From Hyalangium minutum (lineage in GTDB: Bacteria > Myxococcota > Myxococcia > Myxococcales > Myxococcaceae): 64,000 nucleotides of DNA. The notes below the pieces were generated by a model that did not search any database, was not told the DNA's origin, and was given only the letters and a program-made list of their open reading frames with translations. The number at the start of each line of letters is the position of its first letter. The stretch's first letter is position 1. The stretch is taken from NCBI RefSeq assembly GCF_000737315.1, contig NZ_JMCB01000010.1, forward strand, positions 124,001-188,000, read 5' to 3'. The translations under genes were made by a program, and so were the position numbers. Shown here in pieces: positions 41,012 through 50,804 of this stretch.

Positions 41012-42283
41012 ATGCATCGATCAGCCATCGCCGCCGCGCTCCTCCTCCTGACCGCGTGCGAGCCCGTGCCGCAGGATCCAGTGAGGGTCCGCGCGCTCGT
41101 GCTCTCCGGAAACGGGAGCTACGTGACTCAGGAAGTCACCCTCAACACCATCACCGACATCATCCACATGGAGGGGAGTGTCGCGAAGCTGATCGGCGGG
41201 GCCCGCATCGTCCTGGACTCCGCGGATCCGGAGCTGCAGGTGCCCACGCTGACGGAGGAGGGCTTCGCCAACGCGCTGATCAAGTCCGATGGCCGGCCCG
41301 TCACCGCCAACTGGATCGAGCAGGACGGGGTGCTGTGGCCGGCGGACTTCCACACCTGGAACCTGGCCACCACCTATTACAACTTCGAGAAGGCCCGCGA
41401 GTACTTCAACACCGTGGGCAACATCCCCCAGGCGGACTTCGGCAAGGATCCCGCCACCGTCTACTACTTCGCGGACTTCACCCTGAAGGACTCCAACCCG
41501 GAGCCCATCAAGGACAACGCGCTGTGGTTCGCTCCCACGCAGTCCTTCATGGTGGTGCCCTTCGACGAGCTGCAGAAGGCGCCGCTGGCCATCAACTCCG
41601 GCGTCATGGCGCATGAGTACTCGCACATGATCTTCAACCTGAAGGTGTACGGCTCGCGCCGGCTGCCTCCGCCCATCACCGAGTGGGGCGCGGTGGGCAC
41701 CAGCCCGGGCGCCAACCTCATCAAGGCGCTGGACGAGGGCCTCGCGGACTACCACGGCTACGGCGTCACCTGTAAGAGCGCCACCGGCTGCGATCCGCGC
41801 TTCCTGCGCACCTCGTTCGAGGACAAGCTGAGCAACGATCGCGATCTGTCCAAGTCGGACCGGTGCATGGACCTCGGCCTGCGCAACTCGCTGCAGAACT
41901 CGGGCCTCGGCACGTTCTCGGGCCAGGGGCTGGAGTACAAGCTGGGCTCCATCCTCGCCAGCGCGCTCTACCAGGCCGGCGAGAGCACCGGGCAGCGCGA
42001 GGTGCTCATGCGCGCCATCGTCTCCGCCTACTCGGACGAGACGGCCAACAACCCTGGCCTCAAGCAGCTCATCAGCCTCGTCGGGAGCAACCAGACCGAC
42101 TTCAACCTCACCTCCGTGTCCGCGGTGTTCATCAAGCACGTCACGGACGTGCCGCTGAAGACGGCGCTGTGCAACGAGCTGATCGATCACCTGCAGGTCC
42201 CCGCCGCCGATCTGGTGGGCCCGGGCCTGCCCTGCCCCGCCGCGGCGCAGGGCGGCAACACCTGCACCCGGATCAATCCATGA
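41012..42283 (+). CDS. Lipoprotein with gluzincin-like metallopeptidase motifs
   Basis: Lipobox LTAC; VMAHEYSHMIF (HExxH) and a downstream LDEGLADY. Confidence 0.8.
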   Translation: MHRSAIAAALLLLTACEPVPQDPVRVRALVLSGNGSYVTQEVTLNTITDIIHMEGSVAKLIGGARIVLDSADPELQVPTLTEEGFANALIKSDGRPVTANWIEQDGVLWPADFHTWNLATTYYNFEKAREYFNTVGNIPQADFGKDPATVYYFADFTLKDSNPEPIKDNALWFAPTQSFMVVPFDELQKAPLAINSGVMAHEYSHMIFNLKVYGSRRLPPPITEWGAVGTSPGANLIKALDEGLADYHGYGVTCKSATGCDPRFLRTSFEDKLSNDRDLSKSDRCMDLGLRNSLQNSGLGTFSGQGLEYKLGSILASALYQAGESTGQREVLMRAIVSAYSDETANNPGLKQLISLVGSNQTDFNLTSVSAVFIKHVTDVPLKTALCNELIDHLQVPAADLVGPGLPCPAAAQGGNTCTRINP

Positions 42284-43041
42284 GGACCTCTTCCTTGCAC
42301 GCACGCCTTCTGGCCCTGATCCTCGGGGCGCTCGTCTTCGCCCCACCCGCCCTCGCTCAGGACGAGGACGACGCTCCCCTGGCCTACCCGGATGATGATG
42401 AGACGGAGGACGCTCCCCGGAAGCTCCCCCGCCGCAGCAACGATCCCACCGCGGACTACGGCCGCATGGCTGACGAGCGCGAGGCGGAGGAAGACTTCGA
42501 GCGCATGGCCGGCGACGACGATCCGAACAAGGGCTTCGCCGGAGAGCTCATCCTCGGCTCGATGCTGCTGGAGAGCTCGCGCGGCCGGTTCGCGGACCCT
42601 GCGTTCGGGCTCGGCCTGCGCTTCACCTGGGAGTACGGCCGCATCCTCAACAACGAGCCGCTGCGCGACACGCTCTGGGCGGACGTGCGGTGGATGATGG
42701 CGGGCGCGAGCGACGGCACCACGCTCATCAACGGCAGCTCGCGCAACCACTACTTCTCCATCGCGCCCGCGTACGAGTTCGTCTTCGGCGCCGAGAAGTA
42801 CTACGGCGTCTTCGGGCAGGTGGGCGGCGGCTTCGCCTTCCAGACCACCTCGCTCACCATCGGCGAGGAGCAGACGGCGGTGAAGGGCATCAAGCCCCTG
42901 CTCCAGTACGGCGTGGGCTTCCGCGGCCGGCCTCGGCTCTCGGAGAAGATGGCCCTGTCCTTCCGCGTGGAGCTGATGCGCTTCCGCCGCGGTTATATGG
43001 ACGACACCTTCGTCGGCGGCAGCATCGGCACGGCCTTCTGA
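42280..43041 (+). CDS. Outer-membrane beta-barrel protein
   Basis: ATGA overlap with the upstream stop; signal peptide, acidic linker, beta strands, terminal GSIGTAF. Confidence 0.8.
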   Translation: MRTSSLHARLLALILGALVFAPPALAQDEDDAPLAYPDDDETEDAPRKLPRRSNDPTADYGRMADEREAEEDFERMAGDDDPNKGFAGELILGSMLLESSRGRFADPAFGLGLRFTWEYGRILNNEPLRDTLWADVRWMMAGASDGTTLINGSSRNHYFSIAPAYEFVFGAEKYYGVFGQVGGGFAFQTTSLTIGEEQTAVKGIKPLLQYGVGFRGRPRLSEKMALSFRVELMRFRRGYMDDTFVGGSIGTAF

Positions 43042-43164
43042 GCGGCCGCGCCCCTCTCGGAGAATGGAAGCGAGACGGAAGTTTTTTCCCTCTCGGGTCA
43101 CCGGGGCTGCTTCCCCGCCTCCTCACTCCCCTCGGGATTGCTGAACCTTGGCGTCCCCAGCCAT

Positions 43165-43180
43165 TGGCACGCGCCGTGCT
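43165..43180 (+). promoter_or_regulatory. Sigma54 (-24/-12) promoter
   Basis: TGGCACGCGCCGTGCT: GG-N10-GC with a perfect TGGCACG -24 box, 70 bp upstream of the YHS ATG. Confidence 0.6.
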
Positions 43181-43249
43181 TAAGCTTGAGCCCGGGTGAG
43201 GGCATCGCGCTTGGCAGTACGGCCGACGCCGCACGGTGGGAGGCGAGTG

Positions 43250-43483
43250 ATGAACGCTGAACAGAGTCAGAGTCATAGGCGTCACCTGGATCCAGTCTGT
43301 GGGCGGCAGCTGGAGGAGCCCGAGGGCCAGCCGTCCACGGAGTACAAGAAGCGCCGGTACTTCTTCTGTTCGGAGCGGTGCCGCAGCGCCTTCGAGAAGC
43401 AAGCCGAGCGCTTCCGGCTGAATGAGCTGGCGCGGGCCGGCGCGCTGCTGACCCCTGGCCGTGTTCGCTGGGGCATCTCCTGA
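43250..43483 (+). CDS. YHS/TRASH metal-binding domain protein
   Basis: DPVCG...YKKRRYFFCSERCRSAFEK. Confidence 0.88.
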   Translation: MNAEQSQSHRRHLDPVCGRQLEEPEGQPSTEYKKRRYFFCSERCRSAFEKQAERFRLNELARAGALLTPGRVRWGIS

Positions 43484-43624
43484 GCAGGCGGAGTGGGCCT
43501 CTCTTGGGCCCTTCCTTTCACCCGTGCCGGGGAGGAGCCAGCCCTACCACCGGGTGAATCGTCGTCGCGAGCATCTGTTATCGAGCCTGATGATGGGCGA
43601 TGCTGCCGTGGCAAGGAGCCCCTC

Positions 43625-44452
43625 ATGGCCCCCCTCGTGAAGGTGCTGTGCACGGCGTTGGTGATCTCGAGCTTCATCAAGCTCTCGGCGCTGGGCCTCG
43701 GATGGGTTGCAGCGCGCACGCGGCTGGCGGAGCGGTGGCGGGTGTACCGGCGGTCGCTGGCGCCGGGGCAGCTCCGCAGCGAGGCCAAGGCGGCGATCTC
43801 GGTGGTGCTCTGCGACGCGCTGCTGGTGGGGCTGTTCCGGTACTACGCGGGCCCGAGGATGGTGCCCTTCAGCGTGCCGGTGGCGCTGCTGTCGTACGCG
43901 TGGATCTTCGTGAGCTTCGAGGTGTGGTTCTACGTGTCGCACCGGCTGCTGCACACGAAGGCGCTGTACCGGTTCCACGCGCAGCACCACGTGGCGCAGG
44001 TGACGGAACCGCTGACGTCGCTGTCCTTCTCGCTGGTAGAGCGCCTGGTGCTGATGGGCGGTGGGATGGGGCTGGCGCTGCTGGCCATCGAGGTGATGCC
44101 CATCACGAAAGCAGGCCTCATGGCGTACATCCTCACCAACTACCTGCTGAACGTGGTGGGGCACAGCAACACAGAGTGGCTGCCCAAGCGCTTCGTGTCG
44201 TCGTGGCTGGGACGGCTAGTCTTCACGCCCACGTTCCACGCCCTGCACCATGCGCGCTACCAGGGGCACTACGGGCTCTTCACGGTGGTGCTGGACCGGT
44301 GGTTCGGCACGGCGTTCCAGGACTACCCGCAGGTGCACGCCCGAGCGCGCGAGGGCGTGGGGCTGACGCGCATCGGCGAGCGGCTCGCGGAGGCCCCAGC
44401 TCCGGAGGCCCTCGCCTCCCCGGCTCACGAGGACGTAAGCAAGGCGGCCTGA
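43625..44452 (+). CDS. Sterol desaturase / fatty acid hydroxylase family protein
   Basis: His boxes SHRLLH, FHAQHH, GHSN, FHALHH; YGLFTVVLDRWFGT. Confidence 0.93.
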   Translation: MAPLVKVLCTALVISSFIKLSALGLGWVAARTRLAERWRVYRRSLAPGQLRSEAKAAISVVLCDALLVGLFRYYAGPRMVPFSVPVALLSYAWIFVSFEVWFYVSHRLLHTKALYRFHAQHHVAQVTEPLTSLSFSLVERLVLMGGGMGLALLAIEVMPITKAGLMAYILTNYLLNVVGHSNTEWLPKRFVSSWLGRLVFTPTFHALHHARYQGHYGLFTVVLDRWFGTAFQDYPQVHARAREGVGLTRIGERLAEAPAPEALASPAHEDVSKAA

Positions 44453-44528
44453 CCCGGCGGCTGGCGCGGATGGGACTTTGCCGGTTCTGCGTCCGGGGAT
44501 AGACAGGGCGCCCTCCCTGGAGAGTCCT

Positions 44529-45479
<951 letters not shown>

Positions 45480-45515
45480 ACCGTCAGGACGCTACAGCGC
45501 GCCCCTGACAGGCTG

Positions 45516-45601
45516 AGCCCACATGGGCTTTCATGGTATTCATGATATTCATGAAAGGGATTGAAGCGGAGGCTCCCCAGGGCCCCCGCCCCACCCTGGG
45601 G
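45516..45601. promoter_or_regulatory. Cluster of palindromes and 9-bp tandem repeats upstream of the NLR-like gene
   Basis: AGCCCA-CA-TGGGCT (45516-45529); TTCATGGTA / TTCATGATA / TTCATGAAA (45530-45556); CCCCAGGG...CCCTGGGG (45575-45601). Confidence 0.5.
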
Positions 45602-45611
45602 GATGATCCGC

Positions 45612-48600
45612 ATGAGCGAGTCCCACGTGGATGTGCTGATCGTCACGGCGCTCAAGGAAGAGCTCGACGCAGTCCTGGAGCTCAGGTTCGACGGCCGGGG
45701 GCGCGACGGCTGGACGAGCGCGCGTGACCCGCATGGCTTCCCCTATTCCTGGCGCACCCTCCCCAACCAGCAGGGAGAGAACCTCCACGTGGCGGCGGCG
45801 TGGTCCGGCGACATGGGAGAGACGGCGGCGGCGGCCCGCTCCATCGCGCTCATCCAGCAGCTGAACCCCGCGTGCATCGCCATGAGCGGCATCTGCGCGG
45901 GCCGCCGCGGCAAGGTGTCCCTGGGGGACGTCATCGTGGCTGACCGGATCTTCAGCTACGACCACGGCAAGCTCGTCGCTGCGCACGAGGGCCACGGAGC
46001 GGACCTCTTCCACGACATCACCACCTACAACCTGGACCCGGCCTGGAGGATGGACGCGGCGTTCTTCGCGGAGGAGTTCACCCAGGCCCCGGGGCTCGAG
46101 AAGACGCGTCCTCTCTCCCTGGAGGCCCAACAGCGGTGGTTCCTCCGGGCGCTGGAGACCCATGAGCGCGGAGCCGCCCCCGCCCCCAACGAGCACCCCG
46201 ACTGGCGAAGCCAGTGCCCGGACCTTGCCTCCTGCATTCGCGCGCTGCGGAAGTCCGGACTCATTGATCCGACGCCCGGCAAGCTCCAGCTGACGGAGAA
46301 AGGCCGGGGGCTGGCCGCCGAGGAGCGACTGATCGATCCCGACGGAAAGAGGACCGACGGGCCCTTCCGCGTCCACGTGGCGCCCATCGCCACGGGCAAG
46401 ACCGTCCAGGAGGATCCGGAGCTGTTCGAGCGGCTGAGCCGGCACGTGCGCAAGGTGCTGGGCGCGGAGATGGAGGCCACGGCCATGGGATTCGTGGCCG
46501 AGCAGCTCGGCCGGCGCCTGCTCATCGCCAAGGCGGTCTCGGACTACGCCGACCACGACAAGGACGATGCCTTCCGCGACTTCGCCTGCCACGCGTCGGC
46601 TTCGTTCCTGCTGGCGTTCCTGCGCAAGCACCAGCGGCCGCACCCGTCCGCTTCGGCCTCGGGCTCCAGCGTCAAGGAGAGCCGTCCACCCGCGCTCCGG
46701 AGGGCCCGCGAGGACAGGCGCCAGGACGAGTTCCTGGCGCGAGTCGAGCAGGTCTGCGCCCTCCGCCATGCTCCCGGGACGCAGATCAAGCGCAAGCTCT
46801 TCGACGAGGCACCGGCTCCCTTCAACGAGCTGCTCGAAGTGACGATGTCTGAGGGAGGCGTCATCCAGAGCCTCCCCGTGGCCGCGCTCGAGCAACCCCT
46901 GACGGCCGAGCTGCTGACGGCCTTCCTGGACAGCATCCACGCCGAGTACCGGAAGCGGGAGCCCACGGTCATCTCGACGCTCGTCCACTCGGGCCCGTCA
47001 GCCCCCGAGGCGCTGTTGCGCCAGGCCCGCGCGCAGCAGGTGCGGCTGATCAGCTTCAGCGAGTACCAGGGGCTCTACGACTTCTCCAGCTACCTGCAGT
47101 GGCAGACCACCCGGCTGGAGAACGATCCCATCTATCCGCCCTCGCTCTACGTGGAGCAACAGGGCCAGGTGAGCATCGGGGGAGGAGCGCCCGAGCGCAC
47201 GCAGGACGTGCTCCAGAAGCTGCTCGAAGTCCTCAACTCGCCCCACACGCGCTTCGCGCTCATCCTGGGAGACTTCGGCGCGGGGAAGACGTTCCTGCTC
47301 CACGAGCTGGCCCGGCGGATGGCTCCCGAGAAGGCCCTGGTGCCCGTGCTCATCGAGATGCGCTCGCTCCAGAAGCACGTCTCGCTCAAGCAGCTCATCG
47401 CGCAGCACTTCGCCGCGGCGGATCTCGGGCGGCTGGAGCCCGACAAGTTCCTCTACCTGCTCCGCTCGGGGCGGATCGCGCTCCTGTTCGACGGCTTCGA
47501 CGAGCTCGCGCTCCGCGTGACGTACGACCAGGTGATGGAGCACTTCAACACCATCATCGAGGCCGTCCAGGGAGACGCCAAGGTCGTCATCACGAGCCGC
47601 ACGCAGCACTTCCTGACGGACCAGCAGGTCAAGCGCCAGTTGGGAGAGCGCGCCGCCCTGCTCCCGGGCTACCGGCTCATCGAGCTGGAGCGCTTCAGCG
47701 AGCAGCAGGTCTGGCGCTTCCTGAAGCAGAAGCTGGGGAACCCCGCCGCCGCGGACGAGCGGATGAAGCTCCTCAAGGGCATCGATGATCTCCTCAGCCT
47801 GGCGGAGAACCCCCGCATGCTGAGCTTCATCGCGGAGCTGGAGGAGAGCACGCTCCGTGAGGCCCTCGCCAAGTCGGGCAAGCTCACCAAGGCGCACATC
47901 TACAAGGTCCTCATCCAGCGGTGGATCGACGGAGAGGTCCGCCGGATCCATCCTTCGGGAGCGCTCAAGGGACTGGATCAGCGGCAGATCTTCCGGGGCG
48001 CCACCGAGCTGGCGCTGCTGCTGTGGGAGCGGACAGACCGGTTCGTGGACATGCGCGAGCTGCCGGCGGCGATCCTCGAGGCCGTCAACGCCTACGGCCA
48101 GCACAAGCTCGATCGCGAGGTCATCCGCCACCAACTGGGCTCGGGCTCGCTCATGGTGCGAGACGCGGAGGGACGCTTCTCGTTCATCCACCAGTCCATC
48201 ATGGAGTGGTTCGTCGCCGCGGAGGCCGCGCAGGAGATCCACCACAGCAAGGCCCCCACCGTCCTGGGGCGGAGGGAGATGAGCGAGCTGATGGCGGAGT
48301 TCTTCGTCACCCTCTCGCAGCCCGAGCTGGCGCGGCGCTGGGCCGAGGCCAAGGCGGCCTCCGCGGAGAGTGACATCCTCCGGGGGAACGCGCTGAAGGT
48401 GCTGCGCCAGTTCTCCAAGCTTCAGCTGGAGCCGCGCGCGAGCACCGGGGCCACGCCCTCGCGCAACCTGGAGCGCAGCGATCTGCACGGCCAGGATCTC
48501 TCCGGGGAGGATCTGCGCCGGGCCAACTTGAGCCGAGCCAACCTCTCGGGGGCCACGCTGGTGAACGCCAATCTGGTCGAGGCCCGCCTGGGCCAGGCCA

Positions 48601-50768
48601 ACCTCAAGCGGGCCAACCTGGGGCAGGCGGTCCTGCGCGGCGCGGACCTCGCGGGCGCCGATCTGACGGGGGCGCGCCTGCTCGGGGCCGATCTGCGCGG
48701 CGCCCGGCTGCAGGGGGCGAGCCTGCACGGCGCCAAGCTCGTGGGCGCCCGGCTGGACTCCCTGGAGGACCTCCGGCTGTTCGGGGCGGCGCTGCCCGTC
48801 CCCAAGAACATCACCCCGACCCTGGGGCTCGCCTCACCGCTCCGGGCCGTCGTCTTCAGCCCAGCCGGCGAGTACCTGGCGACAGCCCATGCCGACGGCA
48901 CAGTCCGCCTGTGGGATGCCGAGACGGGCCACTGCCAGCGCGTCTTCGAGGGCCACCTGGACGCCAGCTCCGGGCTCGCCTTCAGCCGGGATGGACGGCT
49001 GCTGGCCTCCGGCACCGATGCGGGGGCCGTCATCCTCTGGAGTGTGGAGCAGCTCCGTCCTCTCCACACCCTGTTGGGCCACAAGCAGGGCGTCACCGGA
49101 GTGGCCTTCAGTCCGGACAGCCTGCTGTTGGCGTCGAGCTCTCTGGACGGCACCCTCATCCTCTGGAGCGTGGAGGAGGGGCGCTCCGTGCGCCCCCTCG
49201 AGGGCCACAAGGGCGCCGTGCTGAGCGTGGCCTTCAGCCCGGACGGCAAGACGGTGGCCTCGGGCTCCGACGACCGGACCCTCACCCTCTGGCACGCGCA
49301 CCAGGGCCGGCCCCTGCACACGCTGTCCGGGCACTGGGGCTCCATCCTCTCCCTGGCCTTCAGCCCGGACGGCCGGCTGCTCGCCTCGGGCTCGGAGGAC
49401 AAGACCGTCATCCTCTGGAACGTGGAAGACGCCAAGCCGCTGCGCATGCTCGAGGGACACGCGGAGGCCATCCGGAGCGTGACCTTCAGCCCGGACGGCA
49501 GGACGCTGGCCTCGGGCTCGGAGGACAAGAGCACCATCCTCTGGAGCATCAAGCAGGCCATGGCGCTGACTTCGCTCAAGTCGCACACAGGCCCTGTCTG
49601 GAGCGTGGCCTTCAGCCCGGATGGAAAGACGCTGGCCTCGGGCTCCGACGACAAGACCGTCATCCTCTGGAGCGTGGAGCACGCCAAGCCACTGCGTGCC
49701 CTGCAGGACCATTCGAGCGCCGTACGCAGCGTGGCCTTCAGCGCGGACGGGAGGATCCACGCCCAGGGTTTCGAGGACGGCACCCTCATTCTCTGGAGCG
49801 TGCCGCAGGCGCGGCTGCTGCGCCTGCTCCAGGGCCACACCGAGTCCATCTCGAGCATCGCCATCAGCCCGGACGGCAAGACGCTGGCCTCCGCGACCCA
49901 GGGAGGACGCATCCTCTTATGGAGCGTGGAGCACGCCCGGCCCCTCAGCACGCTCCAGGGACACCGGGAGGCCGTGCTCAGCATGGCCTTCAGCCCGGAT
50001 GGCAAGACGCTGGTCTCCGGCTCCAAGGACCAGACGCTGAGCTTCTGGAACGTGAGCGTGGGCACGCAGCTTCGCAGCCGCCAGCTGCACCGCGGCAGCG
50101 TCACCACGGTGGCCTTCAGCCCGGATGGCAAGACGCTGGCCTCGGGCTCGGATGACCGGAACATCCTGCTGTGGAGCGCGGAGCAGGGCACCTACCAGCG
50201 CACCCTCCGGGGACACTCGGGCCCGGTGCGCAGCATCACGTTCAGCCCGGACGGCACCACCCTGGCCTCGGGCTCGGATGAGGAGCCCCTGCTGCTGTGG
50301 AGCACGGATCAGGGACGCATCCTCCGCACCTTCTCAGGTACCTCCGGCTTCACCCTCAGCGTGGCGTTCAGTCCGGATGGCAAGGCGCTGGCCTCGGGCT
50401 CGGACAGCGGGGCGCTGGTGCTGTGGAGCGTGGAGAAGGGCAGCCGCCTGCGCACCTTCCCGGGAAACCGCGGCAGCGTCCTCCACGTGGCGTTCGGCCC
50501 GGAGGGTGCCTGGCTGTCCTCGGCCTCCGATGACGGGACGGCGCGCTACTGGGAGAGCGCCACGGGGCGGCCACTGGCCACGTTCCTGGGGCACCTGGAT
50601 GGGTGCGTCGCGTTCCGGCCGGATGGGCACTTCAAGAGCGGAGGCGATGTCACAGGCATCTTCTGGCACGCCGTGAGCCTGTGCCGCTTCGAGCCCGGCG
50701 AGCTGGATCCCTACCTGCCGACGCCGCTGCGGCTGACGGACAAGGATCCGCTCTTCACCAAAGCCTGA
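45612..50768 (+). CDS. NLR-like protein: PNP/MTA-nucleosidase + inactive-REase-like segment + NACHT NTPase + pentapeptide repeats + WD40 repeats
   Basis: GICAG...LGDVIV, EMEATA and KAVSDYAD (PNP_UDP fold); GDFGAGKT and LLFDGFDE (Walker A/B); A(N/D)LxG pentapeptides; 14 repeats of GH...VAFSPDG..LASGS.D.T..LW. Confidence 0.93.
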   Translation: MSESHVDVLIVTALKEELDAVLELRFDGRGRDGWTSARDPHGFPYSWRTLPNQQGENLHVAAAWSGDMGETAAAARSIALIQQLNPACIAMSGICAGRRGKVSLGDVIVADRIFSYDHGKLVAAHEGHGADLFHDITTYNLDPAWRMDAAFFAEEFTQAPGLEKTRPLSLEAQQRWFLRALETHERGAAPAPNEHPDWRSQCPDLASCIRALRKSGLIDPTPGKLQLTEKGRGLAAEERLIDPDGKRTDGPFRVHVAPIATGKTVQEDPELFERLSRHVRKVLGAEMEATAMGFVAEQLGRRLLIAKAVSDYADHDKDDAFRDFACHASASFLLAFLRKHQRPHPSASASGSSVKESRPPALRRAREDRRQDEFLARVEQVCALRHAPGTQIKRKLFDEAPAPFNELLEVTMSEGGVIQSLPVAALEQPLTAELLTAFLDSIHAEYRKREPTVISTLVHSGPSAPEALLRQARAQQVRLISFSEYQGLYDFSSYLQWQTTRLENDPIYPPSLYVEQQGQVSIGGGAPERTQDVLQKLLEVLNSPHTRFALILGDFGAGKTFLLHELARRMAPEKALVPVLIEMRSLQKHVSLKQLIAQHFAAADLGRLEPDKFLYLLRSGRIALLFDGFDELALRVTYDQVMEHFNTIIEAVQGDAKVVITSRTQHFLTDQQVKRQLGERAALLPGYRLIELERFSEQQVWRFLKQKLGNPAAADERMKLLKGIDDLLSLAENPRMLSFIAELEESTLREALAKSGKLTKAHIYKVLIQRWIDGEVRRIHPSGALKGLDQRQIFRGATELALLLWERTDRFVDMRELPAAILEAVNAYGQHKLDREVIRHQLGSGSLMVRDAEGRFSFIHQSIMEWFVAAEAAQEIHHSKAPTVLGRREMSELMAEFFVTLSQPELARRWAEAKAASAESDILRGNALKVLRQFSKLQLEPRASTGATPSRNLERSDLHGQDLSGEDLRRANLSRANLSGATLVNANLVEARLGQANLKRANLGQAVLRGADLAGADLTGARLLGADLRGARLQGASLHGAKLVGARLDSLEDLRLFGAALPVPKNITPTLGLASPLRAVVFSPAGEYLATAHADGTVRLWDAETGHCQRVFEGHLDASSGLAFSRDGRLLASGTDAGAVILWSVEQLRPLHTLLGHKQGVTGVAFSPDSLLLASSSLDGTLILWSVEEGRSVRPLEGHKGAVLSVAFSPDGKTVASGSDDRTLTLWHAHQGRPLHTLSGHWGSILSLAFSPDGRLLASGSEDKTVILWNVEDAKPLRMLEGHAEAIRSVTFSPDGRTLASGSEDKSTILWSIKQAMALTSLKSHTGPVWSVAFSPDGKTLASGSDDKTVILWSVEHAKPLRALQDHSSAVRSVAFSADGRIHAQGFEDGTLILWSVPQARLLRLLQGHTESISSIAISPDGKTLASATQGGRILLWSVEHARPLSTLQGHREAVLSMAFSPDGKTLVSGSKDQTLSFWNVSVGTQLRSRQLHRGSVTTVAFSPDGKTLASGSDDRNILLWSAEQGTYQRTLRGHSGPVRSITFSPDGTTLASGSDEEPLLLWSTDQGRILRTFSGTSGFTLSVAFSPDGKALASGSDSGALVLWSVEKGSRLRTFPGNRGSVLHVAFGPEGAWLSSASDDGTARYWESATGRPLATFLGHLDGCVAFRPDGHFKSGGDVTGIFWHAVSLCRFEPGELDPYLPTPLRLTDKDPLFTKA
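48840..50560 (+). repeat. WD40 tandem repeat array, about 126-nt period, 14 units
   Basis: Recurrent nucleotide blocks such as TTCAGCCCGGA(C/T)GG and GCCTCGGGCTC at 42-codon spacing. Confidence 0.9.
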
Positions 50769-50804
50769 GCGCCCAGCAGCGCGACGGCAGGGGCCCGCGA
50801 GGGC

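Noticed and set aside
48460-48790. Repetitive DNA suggesting a separate repeat element
   Set aside because: Explained by the in-frame pentapeptide repeats of the NLR-like protein.
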